In this document: positions 8,671-18,506 of the stretch, piece by piece
How positions within the stretch are numbered: position 1 is the stretch's first letter
How the letters are laid out: every line of letters begins with the position of its first letter
Source: Candidatus Poribacteria bacterium
GTDB lineage: Bacteria; Poribacteria; WGA-4E; PCPOR2b
Assembly (NCBI GenBank): GCA_965208325.1
Contig: OZ242326.1
Span: forward strand, 4,256,001 to 4,320,000
Direction of reading: 5' to 3'
DNA length: 64,000 nt
Translations under genes and position numbers: made by a program
The notes under the pieces: model-generated
What the model was told of the DNA's origin: nothing
The model's input: only the letters and a program-made list of their open reading frames with translations
The model's database searches: none

Positions 8671-10515
8671 TTACCAGATAACGGCTTTCGTGTCGGGGAC
8701 GAAACGTGTTTTCTTAACTAGTTTCCCGGTTGGCGTGTTTTCATAGAGCGGGTATGCGACACCTTTCGGATCGATAGACACGACATCTGAACCGCGAATA
8801 ACCAATTTATAGGGGATTTCGCCAAGAACTCGATGTACAACGCGTTCTGGTACTGGGAACTTGAGGGTAACTTGGTCACCGCGATTCAACCAACCGACTT
8901 GTACGTAACGCCCATCTATGAGCGTTCGGCGTTCTTCACCTCCGACGGTGGCATGGACATCGTTTGGATTGCACCATTCGGGAATTCGCACGGCTACAGT
9001 AGGCGCGTCTTTAATGTGCAGCACGACCTTCCCTTCGACAGGCAGGTAGCTATCCACATCAAGCCACTGAGAGGCGCGGTTCAGCAGTAGATTGACTTTG
9101 ACAAGCCCGTCCGTTTTTGCCACCATTTTGTCCCACACAGAGTAAAGCGTGCGAGCGCCGTTAGCGGTGCAGCAGTGCATGATGCTTGATGCGTCTAACT
9201 TCGGTCCGTCGGGCGTCTGATGGACTGTCAGCGCTTCGTTTGCGCGCATCCACCCAAAAAAGGAGCCGACGGAACGCTCGCGAATGTTATCGTCGTCCCG
9301 GTATTGGTGATTATCGGGTTCGGTGTTGTAGTAACTCTCCGGGATTCGATCGAACAGACTCACATCGCAGAGTTGCCCGTTCGCATACACATTGCGTACC
9401 CACCGGTCTACATCGTCCCAATAATCGCCTAAACCTGCCTCTGTCAGGTAAAGCGCCAACCAGACCATGTCCGCGACTTCACAGATTTCGACGGAGTTTC
9501 CGCGCCGGTCCAAATACCAATCTGTACCGGGTTGGGCTTCAGGGAAGAAACCGATGAGCGGATCTCCCATCTCGCGCGCGAAGCGATAACACGCATCCAC
9601 ACGTTCTAAAACCTCCCGATCGCTGGTGGCAAAACCGTATTCACAAACTGCCATCAATGCGTAAAGCCCGTGGTGAAAGTGCCAGAATTTGTATTCACCG
9701 TCCGCACTGTTAAAGAGGCGAGCCAACGCCCACCGAGCTAATCCGCGCGATAATTCGAGCGCTGGTTCATATCCGGTTACGCGGTAGAAAAGCCCGGCGC
9801 CATGGCCTGTCGATCCTATGCAATAATATATGGTGAAAAGATTGTCCTTACTGTATAAGCCGCCGCCTTCGCTATCCATCAAGCCAGGTTCATCTGCATC
9901 GCTTGGCGGAGCTTGACCTGGTACGAATTGCGCTCTCCACAGGAATCGAAAATCACCTTTTTCCCGTGTGAGCGAAAGGAGGCGGTCGACTTTGCGTTTG
10001 CCAATCTCAATCCATCGCGGGTCGTCGTCAATTTGCGCGAGTGTCGATAGTGCGATGAGTTGCCTACCTTCACCCCAAATCTCTGAGAACGGCGTCATTT
10101 CCCCACTTTCAGATTCTGCGAAACTGGGGATTCCCATGGAAACGGTGTCGAAAATATCGGTTGGGCAGTAGGTCAGCCCATCCTCGCCGACGAAGCTCAA
10201 CTGCGCTCCAAGTACACCTTTATCTACCTCAATGTTTTGTTTATTGCCAGATGCTAGCCGGCACAACGCCAACGCTTCGACGAATTTTGGCGGAATATTC
10301 AGGTAGACATCGATCAGGTGATTGACGAACAGGACAGCTGGTTTACGGGAAAAATCCACGATAAACTTCAACCCCCACTTTGCTTGAGGGTCCCAAACGT
10401 TAGTCAATGCGGTAATGGCTAAGCCCATTCTGTCAGCTAAATCGAGTGTGTCCGGCACCTCAACTTCGTAGCGTTCACCCAGCGTACATTTCGCCATTGG
10501 ATTGTGATTGAGCAT
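8671..10515 (-). CDS. GH127/GH146-like (beta-L-arabinofuranosidase-like) protein
   Basis: VEICE and HCCTANG motifs match the Glu-x-Cys...Cys-Cys Zn site; C-terminal VAVRIPEW...GRYV beta domain. Confidence 0.7.
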   Translation of the reverse strand: MLNHNPMAKCTLGERYEVEVPDTLDLADRMGLAITALTNVWDPQAKWGLKFIVDFSRKPAVLFVNHLIDVYLNIPPKFVEALALCRLASGNKQNIEVDKGVLGAQLSFVGEDGLTYCPTDIFDTVSMGIPSFAESESGEMTPFSEIWGEGRQLIALSTLAQIDDDPRWIEIGKRKVDRLLSLTREKGDFRFLWRAQFVPGQAPPSDADEPGLMDSEGGGLYSKDNLFTIYYCIGSTGHGAGLFYRVTGYEPALELSRGLARWALARLFNSADGEYKFWHFHHGLYALMAVCEYGFATSDREVLERVDACYRFAREMGDPLIGFFPEAQPGTDWYLDRRGNSVEICEVADMVWLALYLTEAGLGDYWDDVDRWVRNVYANGQLCDVSLFDRIPESYYNTEPDNHQYRDDDNIRERSVGSFFGWMRANEALTVHQTPDGPKLDASSIMHCCTANGARTLYSVWDKMVAKTDGLVKVNLLLNRASQWLDVDSYLPVEGKVVLHIKDAPTVAVRIPEWCNPNDVHATVGGEERRTLIDGRYVQVGWLNRGDQVTLKFPVPERVVHRVLGEIPYKLVIRGSDVVSIDPKGVAYPLYENTPTGKLVKKTRFVPDTKAVIW

Positions 10516-10655
10516 TTTATTTTATTCCCTTTCAGACAAAGAAATTTATGCGATTTAGTGGACGTATATTAAAGCTTGTTTGATTAATAGGTGACAAAGC
10601 CATACTTGGGGGGTTGAGTTGGTATAACCGGTGTAACATCTATCGCACCGGATTT

Positions 10656-10713
10656 ACTATCGCCTTCGCTATTCGCTCAGTTGATTCTATTCAGCCGCTT
10701 GTTCCCCGCCTAC
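10656..10713. repeat. dispersed repeat, copy 2 (internally deleted)
   Basis: actatcgccttcgctattcgctcagttgattctattcagccgcttgttccccgcctac keeps both ends of the 4108/17149 element. Confidence 0.75.
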
Positions 10714-10780
10714 CGCGGGTAGAGGGGTAATATACGCCTGCCTCCTCTCTTGGGCTTTGATGAATGCAGTAGCCATTAAA

Positions 10781-10812
10781 GAAACCGAGTTTTGAAGAAA
10801 AAACTCGGTTTC
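10781..10812. repeat. palindrome GAAACCGAGTTTT-N6-AAAACTCGGTTTC
   Basis: Perfect 13-bp inverted repeat in a divergent intergenic region. Confidence 0.7.
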
Positions 10813-11056
10813 AAGTTAAATTATGCAATATGTCAAGCAACTACTGAACCAGTCCAGTTATTTTATTCGTTTATTGTTTCCCGGTCAACATAAATATTTC
10901 GACAGCGGAGTTTTGTTGCCGGGTTGGGAACACCGCCCTTATTGGCATTTTCAACGCATATCTGGCGGCGAATTCTCCTTGATATGTTTGGTGCCGTGGT
11001 ATATTATAGCTACTGCGTTTGCGACTACGGAATTAGATGCCGCGATACGTAGAATC

Positions 11057-11119
11057 CGCGATTCGGAGATTGCTCCTACGGCGCAAAGGCAGAGGCTGTA
11101 ATACGGAGATCGCTCCTAC
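11057..11119. repeat. two copies of a second GTAG-type REP (CGGAGATYGCTCCTAC)
   Basis: Direct repeats at 11064-11079 and 11104-11119; minus strand reads GTAGGAGCRATCTCCG. Confidence 0.6.
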
Positions 11120-11166
11120 AATTATTATTCTGACTGTACAACAGTGAACGTAATCCTCCTCTCGCC

Positions 11167-14037
11167 ATGATTCAGATTGATCATCCTCTCTTATTTTTGT
11201 TCCTGATTTCTTTGCCGCTTGTCTTAATAATCAACGGTCGCACACGGGTTGAAGCCGCACCATGGCGGCGATTTACGCTACTTGTGCTTCGAATCGGAGG
11301 ATTAGTGTGTCTGATTTTGGCAGCAGTCGGATTACAACAGAAAAGCCGATCGGATGTACTTTCTGTGACGTTTCTTCTTGATGTATCTGGCAGCATTCCG
11401 TCTTCAAAACAGGCAGAGGGGATAGCTCGGATAAACGATGCCGTAAATGCGTTGAATCCCGAAGATGAGTTCAGTGTGATTCGTTTCGCAGCGCGAGCTA
11501 CCATCGGTACACCAATGCAACCTCGGTTGACTGCGCCGACTTTAACTAGGGAATTTTTATTGGACACAAGTATCGACGTTAACGCAACCGATATTGCCAG
11601 TGCTATTCAGTTGGGTATGGTAAACTTGCCGGAGGCAAGGCAAACCCGATTTGTCTTGCTCAGCGACGGTTTACAGAATATTAATGACGCAAATGAAATA
11701 TTGGATCTCGTGGAAGCAAGCGGGATAGAAATATTTACAATTCCTCTGAACGCCGAGCGGGAAAATGAAGTTTGGGTGCGAGATTTACAGGTGCCGCCGC
11801 GAGCCAAAGCCGATGCACCCTTTACAATTCGTGCGATTGTCGAGAGCACGACAGATACCCAAGCGACGGTGCGGCTGTATCATAACAACGTCCCCGTTTC
11901 AACAGCGCAAACGGTTCAACTTGAAGCCGGCAAGCAGGTTATTGATAGTTTTTTACCACAGCGAATCAGGGAAACGCGGAACCACGTGTATCGTGTCGAC
12001 ATCTCCGCGCCTATCGATTCAATTTCCGATAACAACTCGGCTTACGGTTTAGTTGGTGTGTACGGGCGCCCGCGCATCTTGTACGTTGAAAGCGAAGCAG
12101 AAAATGCCGCCAGACTTAAGACGGTGCTTGAAAAAGACCATTTCAACGTGGACGTTATCGCGCCGTCCGGGTTTCCAACTGATTTGGCTCTCCTTCAAGG
12201 CTATGACGCAGTCATCCTGAGTAATGTCTCTGCGGATGAAATTCCACAATCGCAAATGGTGCTAATCGATAGCTACGTCCGTGATTTGGGCAATGGCTTG
12301 GTGGCAATAGGCGGAGATCGCGCTTTCGGCGTGGGCGGCTATCACGATACGCCGCTGGAGCGCGTATTGCCCGTCGACATGACGCCCAAGCAGCGTAAAG
12401 AATCGGTCGCACTCATGCTTGTGGTTGATGCGTCCGGCAGCATGGAGGACTATGTCGGCGCCGACCAAAAGATTGAGTTGGCTATTGAAGGGGTTCGCGC
12501 CGCTGTTCGTGTGCTTGATGAAGAGGACCGCGTTGGGTTAATTGGGTTCGCGGCGAAACCGCCGATTAAGATGTTCATCGCACCCACGGATGAACACGAA
12601 CGAATCAACCGAGGTGTTGGAAAGTTATCCCCAGGCGGCGGTACGGAAATGTATCCCTCGCTCGAAAAAGCACATGAAGTTCTCAAGGAAATTGACGCGA
12701 AGCAGAAACACATCATCCTGTTGTCGGACGGAAAATCGAATGGTGCATTCACCCCTTTAGCGAGGCGGATAGCCGCCGATCAGATATCCGTAACAACAAT
12801 CGCCATTGGCGATGCCGCCGGACAACAGTTAATGCAATCAATCGCTCGCGAGGGACAGGGGAATTACAAATACGTGCGAAACGTGAGCCAACTACCGAAG
12901 GTTTTCGTGAACGCGGTGAGGCAGACGCAGAAGTACACGATCCAGCAATCGTTTCAACCAACTATCAGCGAATTCGGCAGTCAGATTTTGGCGGAAATTG
13001 GCCGTCTTCCGAAACTCTACGGCTATATTGCGACATCTGGAAAGGAGCGTGCGCAGGTTATCATCCGCTCTCACGAAAATCACCCAATCTTGGCTGCATG
13101 GAATTACGGCCTGGGGAGAGCTGCCGCATTTACTTCCGACGTGAAACCGGGTTGGGGCGCCGATTGGATTGAATGGAAAAATTTCGGAAAGTTTTGGGGT
13201 CAAGTGGTCAATTGGGTGTTGGCACCCAACCAGGGCGGCGGAGAGTTCAATCTCCACGTTCTTCATCGCGGTGGGGAGGGACAGGTTGTAGTTGATGATT
13301 TTGACGTGACGCGCTCGGTCCGGCGTCACGAAGGAGGAGTTGGGGGCGTGGTTAGCGAAACAGATGGGTTTGTCGGTCATGTTGCACGACCACGCGGGGG
13401 CGGCGAGTCAATAGAGTTGCAACGTGTCACGCCGACACGGTACGAAGGCGGTTTCCCGATTCGCGAACTCGGTGCATACCACGTTACCGTGCAGGAAAAG
13501 TTGAACGGCGCGCTCAAGAGTTCGCGGCGTGCAAATCTGATTGTTTCGTACCCGGGAGAATTCGCTGAATTCAAGACCAATCGACAGTTACTCGCTGAAA
13601 TATCCAGGCGAACTGACGGAATTTTCGACCCGTCGCCAGACCAAATTCTGGAGCGATCGGGTAAAGGAATAGAACACCTGAAGCCGCTATCGGGTCTTTT
13701 GCTGGCGGCGAGCTTTGTGTTGTTTGTCGTTGAGATGATACTCCGCCGTGTAACAATTGCAAGCGGCTACTTATCTGAACTTCGGGCGCAGTTGCGTGTG
13801 TTTCGCCGGCGAGACCGCGATGCTTTGTCACCGACACTCTCCCGTCTGAGCGAGACAAAGTCCGTTCTACGCCAGCCAACTCGAATAGGCGCATTTCAAC
13901 AAAGGCAGGTTCCGACAGATGCACTTTTATCGCAACAGGCATCTGCAAGCGCGAGTGTTCAGCCGCAGGTTGAACACGGCGGGACGGGGCGTTTATTGGC
14001 AGCCAAAAAACGCGCCGGTTCAGGCAGCGTGACGTAA
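11167..14037 (+). CDS. membrane-anchored double-VWA protein with a glutamine-amidotransferase-like domain
   Basis: BatA-like N-terminal TM segments, two DxSxS MIDAS motifs (DVSGS, DASGS), LLSDG, YDAVILSNV...IGG, WNYGLGRAAAFTSD, C-terminal TM. Confidence 0.85.
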   Translation: MIQIDHPLLFLFLISLPLVLIINGRTRVEAAPWRRFTLLVLRIGGLVCLILAAVGLQQKSRSDVLSVTFLLDVSGSIPSSKQAEGIARINDAVNALNPEDEFSVIRFAARATIGTPMQPRLTAPTLTREFLLDTSIDVNATDIASAIQLGMVNLPEARQTRFVLLSDGLQNINDANEILDLVEASGIEIFTIPLNAERENEVWVRDLQVPPRAKADAPFTIRAIVESTTDTQATVRLYHNNVPVSTAQTVQLEAGKQVIDSFLPQRIRETRNHVYRVDISAPIDSISDNNSAYGLVGVYGRPRILYVESEAENAARLKTVLEKDHFNVDVIAPSGFPTDLALLQGYDAVILSNVSADEIPQSQMVLIDSYVRDLGNGLVAIGGDRAFGVGGYHDTPLERVLPVDMTPKQRKESVALMLVVDASGSMEDYVGADQKIELAIEGVRAAVRVLDEEDRVGLIGFAAKPPIKMFIAPTDEHERINRGVGKLSPGGGTEMYPSLEKAHEVLKEIDAKQKHIILLSDGKSNGAFTPLARRIAADQISVTTIAIGDAAGQQLMQSIAREGQGNYKYVRNVSQLPKVFVNAVRQTQKYTIQQSFQPTISEFGSQILAEIGRLPKLYGYIATSGKERAQVIIRSHENHPILAAWNYGLGRAAAFTSDVKPGWGADWIEWKNFGKFWGQVVNWVLAPNQGGGEFNLHVLHRGGEGQVVVDDFDVTRSVRRHEGGVGGVVSETDGFVGHVARPRGGGESIELQRVTPTRYEGGFPIRELGAYHVTVQEKLNGALKSSRRANLIVSYPGEFAEFKTNRQLLAEISRRTDGIFDPSPDQILERSGKGIEHLKPLSGLLLAASFVLFVVEMILRRVTIASGYLSELRAQLRVFRRRDRDALSPTLSRLSETKSVLRQPTRIGAFQQRQVPTDALLSQQASASASVQPQVEHGGTGRLLAAKKRAGSGSVT

Positions 14038-14038
14038 C

Positions 14039-15508
14039 ATGTTTGCGCACAAGTTAGGCGACTTGGAAAAGGTAACATTAAACCTCCGCATTAAAACAAT
14101 TGTCATGTCCGATTGTTTTGTTCAACGTGTAAACCGTTATATCTTGGAACATCACATGATTCGACCGGGGGAGATTGTAGTAGTCGGCGTTTCCGGCGGC
14201 GTTGATTCGCTCTCGCTGCTGTATTGCTTGCACGCATTACGGCATGAATTCAGTTGTTCTCTCCATGTTGCACATTTAGACCACGGCATTCGCCCAGATT
14301 CGGTTGCAGATGCCGAGTATGTCCACAAACTCGCGGAGGAACTGAATTTGCCAATTTCCGTCGAACAGGTTGACGTGCCGCAAATGATGAGGCATCGCGG
14401 ACTTTCGGTAGAGGCGGCAGCTCGGGAAGCACGATTCGATTTCTACGAACGCGTTTCTGAACAGATTGGTGCAACGAAGATTGCACTGGGGCATCATCGC
14501 GGGGATCAGGCGGAAACCGTTCTGATGCGCTTATTGCGCGGCGCCGGTTCGATTGGCCTCAAAGGCATGCTACCGGTTCGAGAGGGAAAGTTCATCCGCC
14601 CACTTCTCAATTTTTCGCGGGAAGAAATTGAAGCGTTCGCAGCGGAACTCGGTTTGCAACCGCGGCGGGATTCGACAAACTATGAACCTAGTAGCCTTCG
14701 TAACCGCATTCGATTAGAGTTGATTCCGCTGTTAGAACAGTTATATAATCCGAATATCCAAAACACGATTAACCAGACTGCCGAGCTGCTGCGCGTCGAG
14801 TCAGACTACTTAGAGGGGATTGGCGGCGAAGCATTTCAAGCGTGCCGCGAGAAGCCGGATGTGACCGATGTTGTTGTGTTGAATCGCCGCACCTTCCTTC
14901 GATACCATCTCGCAGTGCGTCAACGCATCTTGCGCTGTGCTATCGGGGAGTTTTCGGGTAATATGACGAGTTTCTATTTTAATCACTTTTCGGCGATGTT
15001 AAAATTGATTGAAGGGGAATCGCCCAACGCTTCATTAAATTTACCCGGCAATCTACGGCTGCAACGCGCATATGATCAGCTAATTTTTCACAAATCCGAA
15101 TATGCTTCTAACGAGTTTGAATACGAGGTTGTTGTGCCGGGTACAACGGATTTGCCGCTGTTAAACGCACGGATAATTGCTACCGTTGAGGCGTCCCAAC
15201 CCGCGAAATTGCCTGATGGAAAATTTCGGGCGGTGTTCGATTTTTTCCAATCTCCGCTTAAACTGCGAAACCGGTGGGCAGGCGATCGATTTCAACCATT
15301 TGGGATGCAGGGCAGCAAAAAGGTTAAGGATTTTCTTATTGATTCCAAAGTTCCCCGCCAAGAACGAGACCGTGTTCCGATTCTTGTGAGCGGCGAAGAA
15401 ATCGTGTGGGTTGTAGGACATCGGACGAGTGAGCGGTTTAAGGTCGGAGATGAGACTAAGCGATGCGTCTATCTAGCTTATACGCCGTACGATGGATTGG
15501 CGGATTAA
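14039..15508 (+). CDS. tilS: tRNA(Ile)-lysidine synthetase (start may be 14105)
   Basis: SGGVDS PP-loop, EAAAREAR, HHRGDQAET, RNRIR; C-terminal KKVKDFLID domain. Confidence 0.95.
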   Translation: MFAHKLGDLEKVTLNLRIKTIVMSDCFVQRVNRYILEHHMIRPGEIVVVGVSGGVDSLSLLYCLHALRHEFSCSLHVAHLDHGIRPDSVADAEYVHKLAEELNLPISVEQVDVPQMMRHRGLSVEAAAREARFDFYERVSEQIGATKIALGHHRGDQAETVLMRLLRGAGSIGLKGMLPVREGKFIRPLLNFSREEIEAFAAELGLQPRRDSTNYEPSSLRNRIRLELIPLLEQLYNPNIQNTINQTAELLRVESDYLEGIGGEAFQACREKPDVTDVVVLNRRTFLRYHLAVRQRILRCAIGEFSGNMTSFYFNHFSAMLKLIEGESPNASLNLPGNLRLQRAYDQLIFHKSEYASNEFEYEVVVPGTTDLPLLNARIIATVEASQPAKLPDGKFRAVFDFFQSPLKLRNRWAGDRFQPFGMQGSKKVKDFLIDSKVPRQERDRVPILVSGEEIVWVVGHRTSERFKVGDETKRCVYLAYTPYDGLAD

Positions 15509-16094
15509 GCAATTAACAATCGAGTTGTCAGCCCCCAAGAAAATACAAGCAAAAGAATTGTCTACTGCGATGAAATCTCGGACGCAATCAATTTTAATAA
15601 CGGAATCACAAATTGGCGAACGAGTCCGCGAATTAGGGCGGGAAATTTCCGGCGATTACGCCAATTCCGACCTCGTGCTTCTCGGTGTACTCAAAGGCGG
15701 CGTTGTGTTCTTTACCGATCTCATGCGTGCCGTTTCTATTCCCGTCCGGTGTGAGTTTGTCCAAATTGAGAGTTACGGTGCCAACAGTGTTTCGTCGGAG
15801 AATGTCGAAGTCATCCACGGTATTAAAGGTGATCTTCGCAACGCAGATGTCCTCGTGGTGGAGGACATCGTTGATACCGGACATTCATTGAACTTTCTCA
15901 TGAATTATGTCAGTACGCTGCAAGCAGCGAGCGTAAGGGTGTGTAGTTTGCTCGATAAGCCCAGTCGGCGCGTGGTTCCGGTTTCCATTGACTATGTGGG
16001 ATTTGAAATCGATGATGTTTTTGTAATCGGGTACGGTTTGGACTACAATCAGCAATACCGCAATCTACCGTACGTTGCCGTGTGCGATGATTGA
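15492..16094 (+). CDS. hpt: hypoxanthine phosphoribosyltransferase (start may be 15570)
   Basis: VLKGG, VLVVEDIVDTG, FVIGYGLDY...YRNLP; follows tilS. Confidence 0.95.
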   Translation: MDWRIKQLTIELSAPKKIQAKELSTAMKSRTQSILITESQIGERVRELGREISGDYANSDLVLLGVLKGGVVFFTDLMRAVSIPVRCEFVQIESYGANSVSSENVEVIHGIKGDLRNADVLVVEDIVDTGHSLNFLMNYVSTLQAASVRVCSLLDKPSRRVVPVSIDYVGFEIDDVFVIGYGLDYNQQYRNLPYVAVCDD

Positions 16095-16180
16095 GAATCA
16101 AGGAGCCAGAAAGCTCATTAACAACCATCTTGCCGGCGATTTCAGATTGGCTAAACGGCGGCAGTCGGCGTAGATTTTCG

Positions 16181-16209
16181 TTGACAGCGCATAAGCCAGT
16201 TGATATTAT
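16181..16209 (+). promoter_or_regulatory. sigma70-type promoter for the cytochrome c gene
   Basis: TTGACA-17 nt-TATTAT. Confidence 0.6.
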
Positions 16210-16256
16210 AGTGGCCGTTATTTTGCATTCATAAACTTCCAAAATGTCAAGAGGAG

Positions 16257-17033
16257 ATGCTAATGCGTAAAGTTAAAGGTGTTGTAATCGTTACAATCTT
16301 GATTCTCCCGTTCGCAGCGATGGCAAGCGCGGAGATGTCCGAAAAAGCTCAGATGGGCCGTGAACTATTCTATGACCCCTCTTTCGGCGGAACACTCGAA
16401 CCTCAAAAAATTAGCGGCCTCGCCTGCGCGCATTGCCACGCTGATTTTGATGAAGATGCGAACCCTGACGGTAAAATACGGGCAGGACACAGCATAATTG
16501 GCGTGCCGCATCGTGGCGAGGCAAAAGGCGGGATGATTAAGGCGGATATATTCCGGCGCGCTGCCGGCGGCGGGGGTTTCTGCTATCAGCATTTCTTACA
16601 GCGGATTCCGGAGGATAAGGTCGATCCGATTGCCATCCCGGAGGAACAAGCAGAAGCCTTGATGGCTTATTTTGAACATGTTTCCGGGGATAACAAGGGG
16701 CCGGAATTCGAGATAAAGATGCTTGACAGAGAAGCGGCAGCCGAGGCGGCTGAGAAGATTCTTGGGATTGAGGGTGACCCGCAGGCGGGTTGGAAACTCT
16801 TTAGCAGAGCCTGTAACGATTGCCATCCAACGGCTAAAAAAGCGGGCATCGGCACGCAGCTTGTGCGCAGAAGACCGCCGTCCAACATGAAAAAATGGAA
16901 GGTCAACATCGCCGCAAAGGTCCGCGGCGGCGGATTTATTATGCCATTCTACGGTGAAGATCGGTTGTCCGACCAAGACATCTCTGATATTGTGGCGTTT
17001 CTGGAAAAATTAGTTACTGAAAAGAAGAGATAA
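16257..17033 (+). CDS. exported diheme cytochrome c with TsdA/SoxA-like layout
   Basis: Signal peptide, CAHCH, CNDCH, an additional Cys in GFCYQHF, distal MP in the second domain. Confidence 0.85.
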   Translation: MLMRKVKGVVIVTILILPFAAMASAEMSEKAQMGRELFYDPSFGGTLEPQKISGLACAHCHADFDEDANPDGKIRAGHSIIGVPHRGEAKGGMIKADIFRRAAGGGGFCYQHFLQRIPEDKVDPIAIPEEQAEALMAYFEHVSGDNKGPEFEIKMLDREAAAEAAEKILGIEGDPQAGWKLFSRACNDCHPTAKKAGIGTQLVRRRPPSNMKKWKVNIAAKVRGGGFIMPFYGEDRLSDQDISDIVAFLEKLVTEKKR

Positions 17034-17055
17034 ACGCATTAATACGCTGCTCTAC

Positions 17056-17320
17056 TTAGAACCTGTTTGAATATTAGGCGACAACGCCATTCTTGGGCGT
17101 TCCAGTTAGTATCACTGGTGGAAATTCTATAGCGCGAGCGCGGGATTTACTATCGCCTTTGTAATTTATTCAGCTGATCCCATTCGGTCGCTTGATTCCA
17201 CCAAATACCTTACTCCAGCATTGGGCGGGGCAAGACGCCCCGCCTACGGAGGGTAATAGGGAACTACACACATGCCGCCCTTCTGGGGCTGTATAAAATG
17301 AGTTTTCAAACAGGTTTTTA
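17056..17320. mobile_element. MITE-like non-autonomous element with nested repeats
   Basis: Terminal inverted repeats TTAGAACCTGTTTGAA / TTCAAACAGGTTTTTA (14/16, 12-bp perfect core); no ORF. Confidence 0.55.
17149..17247. repeat. dispersed ~100-bp repeat ending in a REP hairpin, copy 3
   Basis: Full-length alignment with 4108-4205. Confidence 0.85.
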
Positions 17321-17481
17321 TTGTTGTGCAATTCGGGTTTCGCACAATCGGGGCGATGATGGTAGTTCCCGGCTAAGCGCAACTGCAAATCTGTTAAATT
17401 CCCACCGGCATTTCCTTGAGCCGCCATCCAAAATAGAAACGCCTACCGCTAGCAGCATGATGCGGCGGCTTCCCCGCCCGT

Positions 17482-18408
17482 TCAATAACCGAGCAGACTG
17501 ATGCCTTCGCGATAGGTTTGAGCGGAGTTTTGCAAATCCTGAAGTTCGTCGTCGGTCAGTTTGATTTCGATGATTTCCTCAACCCCGCCAGCACCTAATT
17601 TAATTGGAACACCGATATACAGGTCGTCGATGCCGTACTGCCCGGTGAGATGAGCCGAGCAGGCTAAGATACGCTTTTTGTCGCGCAAAATCGCTTCTGC
17701 CATTTGAGCGAGGGAGGCGCCCGCGGCATAGTAACCGCTCGTTTTGAGGAGTTGGACGACTTCAGCACCGCCATCGCGCGTGCGTTGCGCAAGCGCTTCA
17801 ATCCGATCCGCGGACATTAGCTGCGTAATTGGTATCCCCGCAACCGTCGTATAACGCGGCAGGGGTACCATGGTATCGCCATGGCCACCCAGCACAAATC
17901 CGGAAATATCTTCGACAGAAACGCCGAGCTCGATTGAGATGAAGTAGTGAAATCGTGCAGAGTCAAGCACACCCGCTTGTCCAACGACACGGTTGGATGG
18001 AAAGCCGGAAACCTGCCACGCATGATAAGTCATGATGTCCAGTGGGTTGGTCAATATTACAATTGTGCAGTTGGGAGAATGTTTCACCGCGTTTTCAGTT
18101 GCGGTTTTGACGATGTTTGCGTTAATATGCAAAAGATCTTCGCGGCTCATGCCCGGCTTACGGGGCGAACCGGAGGTAATGATGACTAGATCTGAACCCG
18201 CGGTCGGTTCGTAATCTAACGACCCCGTTACGTTGGCGTCAAAATTTTCGACGGGCGAGGCTTCTGCCATGTCCAAGCCTTTTCCCTGCGGAAGACCGTC
18301 AACGATATCGACCATGACGACATCGCCGAGCTCCTTCTGGGCGATGAGAAATGCCGCTGTCGCTCCGACATTTCCCGCACCTATAACACTGATTTTCTGT
18401 CTAGACAT
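17482..18408 (-). CDS. mdh: malate dehydrogenase (LDH-like)
   Basis: GAGNVG, PRKPGMSREDL substrate loop, LDSARF, GGHGD. Confidence 0.97.
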   Translation of the reverse strand: MSRQKISVIGAGNVGATAAFLIAQKELGDVVMVDIVDGLPQGKGLDMAEASPVENFDANVTGSLDYEPTAGSDLVIITSGSPRKPGMSREDLLHINANIVKTATENAVKHSPNCTIVILTNPLDIMTYHAWQVSGFPSNRVVGQAGVLDSARFHYFISIELGVSVEDISGFVLGGHGDTMVPLPRYTTVAGIPITQLMSADRIEALAQRTRDGGAEVVQLLKTSGYYAAGASLAQMAEAILRDKKRILACSAHLTGQYGIDDLYIGVPIKLGAGGVEEIIEIKLTDDELQDLQNSAQTYREGISLLGY

Positions 18409-18506
18409 TTGTTACTCCTCTGTTCTGAAGCGTGCTTTTCACCGATGGATGTTCGTGCCGCGGCAATCGAGTCTCGGCGTGCTTTTGCCAGACAACGCCA
18501 ACCGTC

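Noticed and set aside
14039..16094. tilS-hpt not followed by ftsH
   Set aside because: Simple synteny break with no sign of a remnant; not informative by itself.
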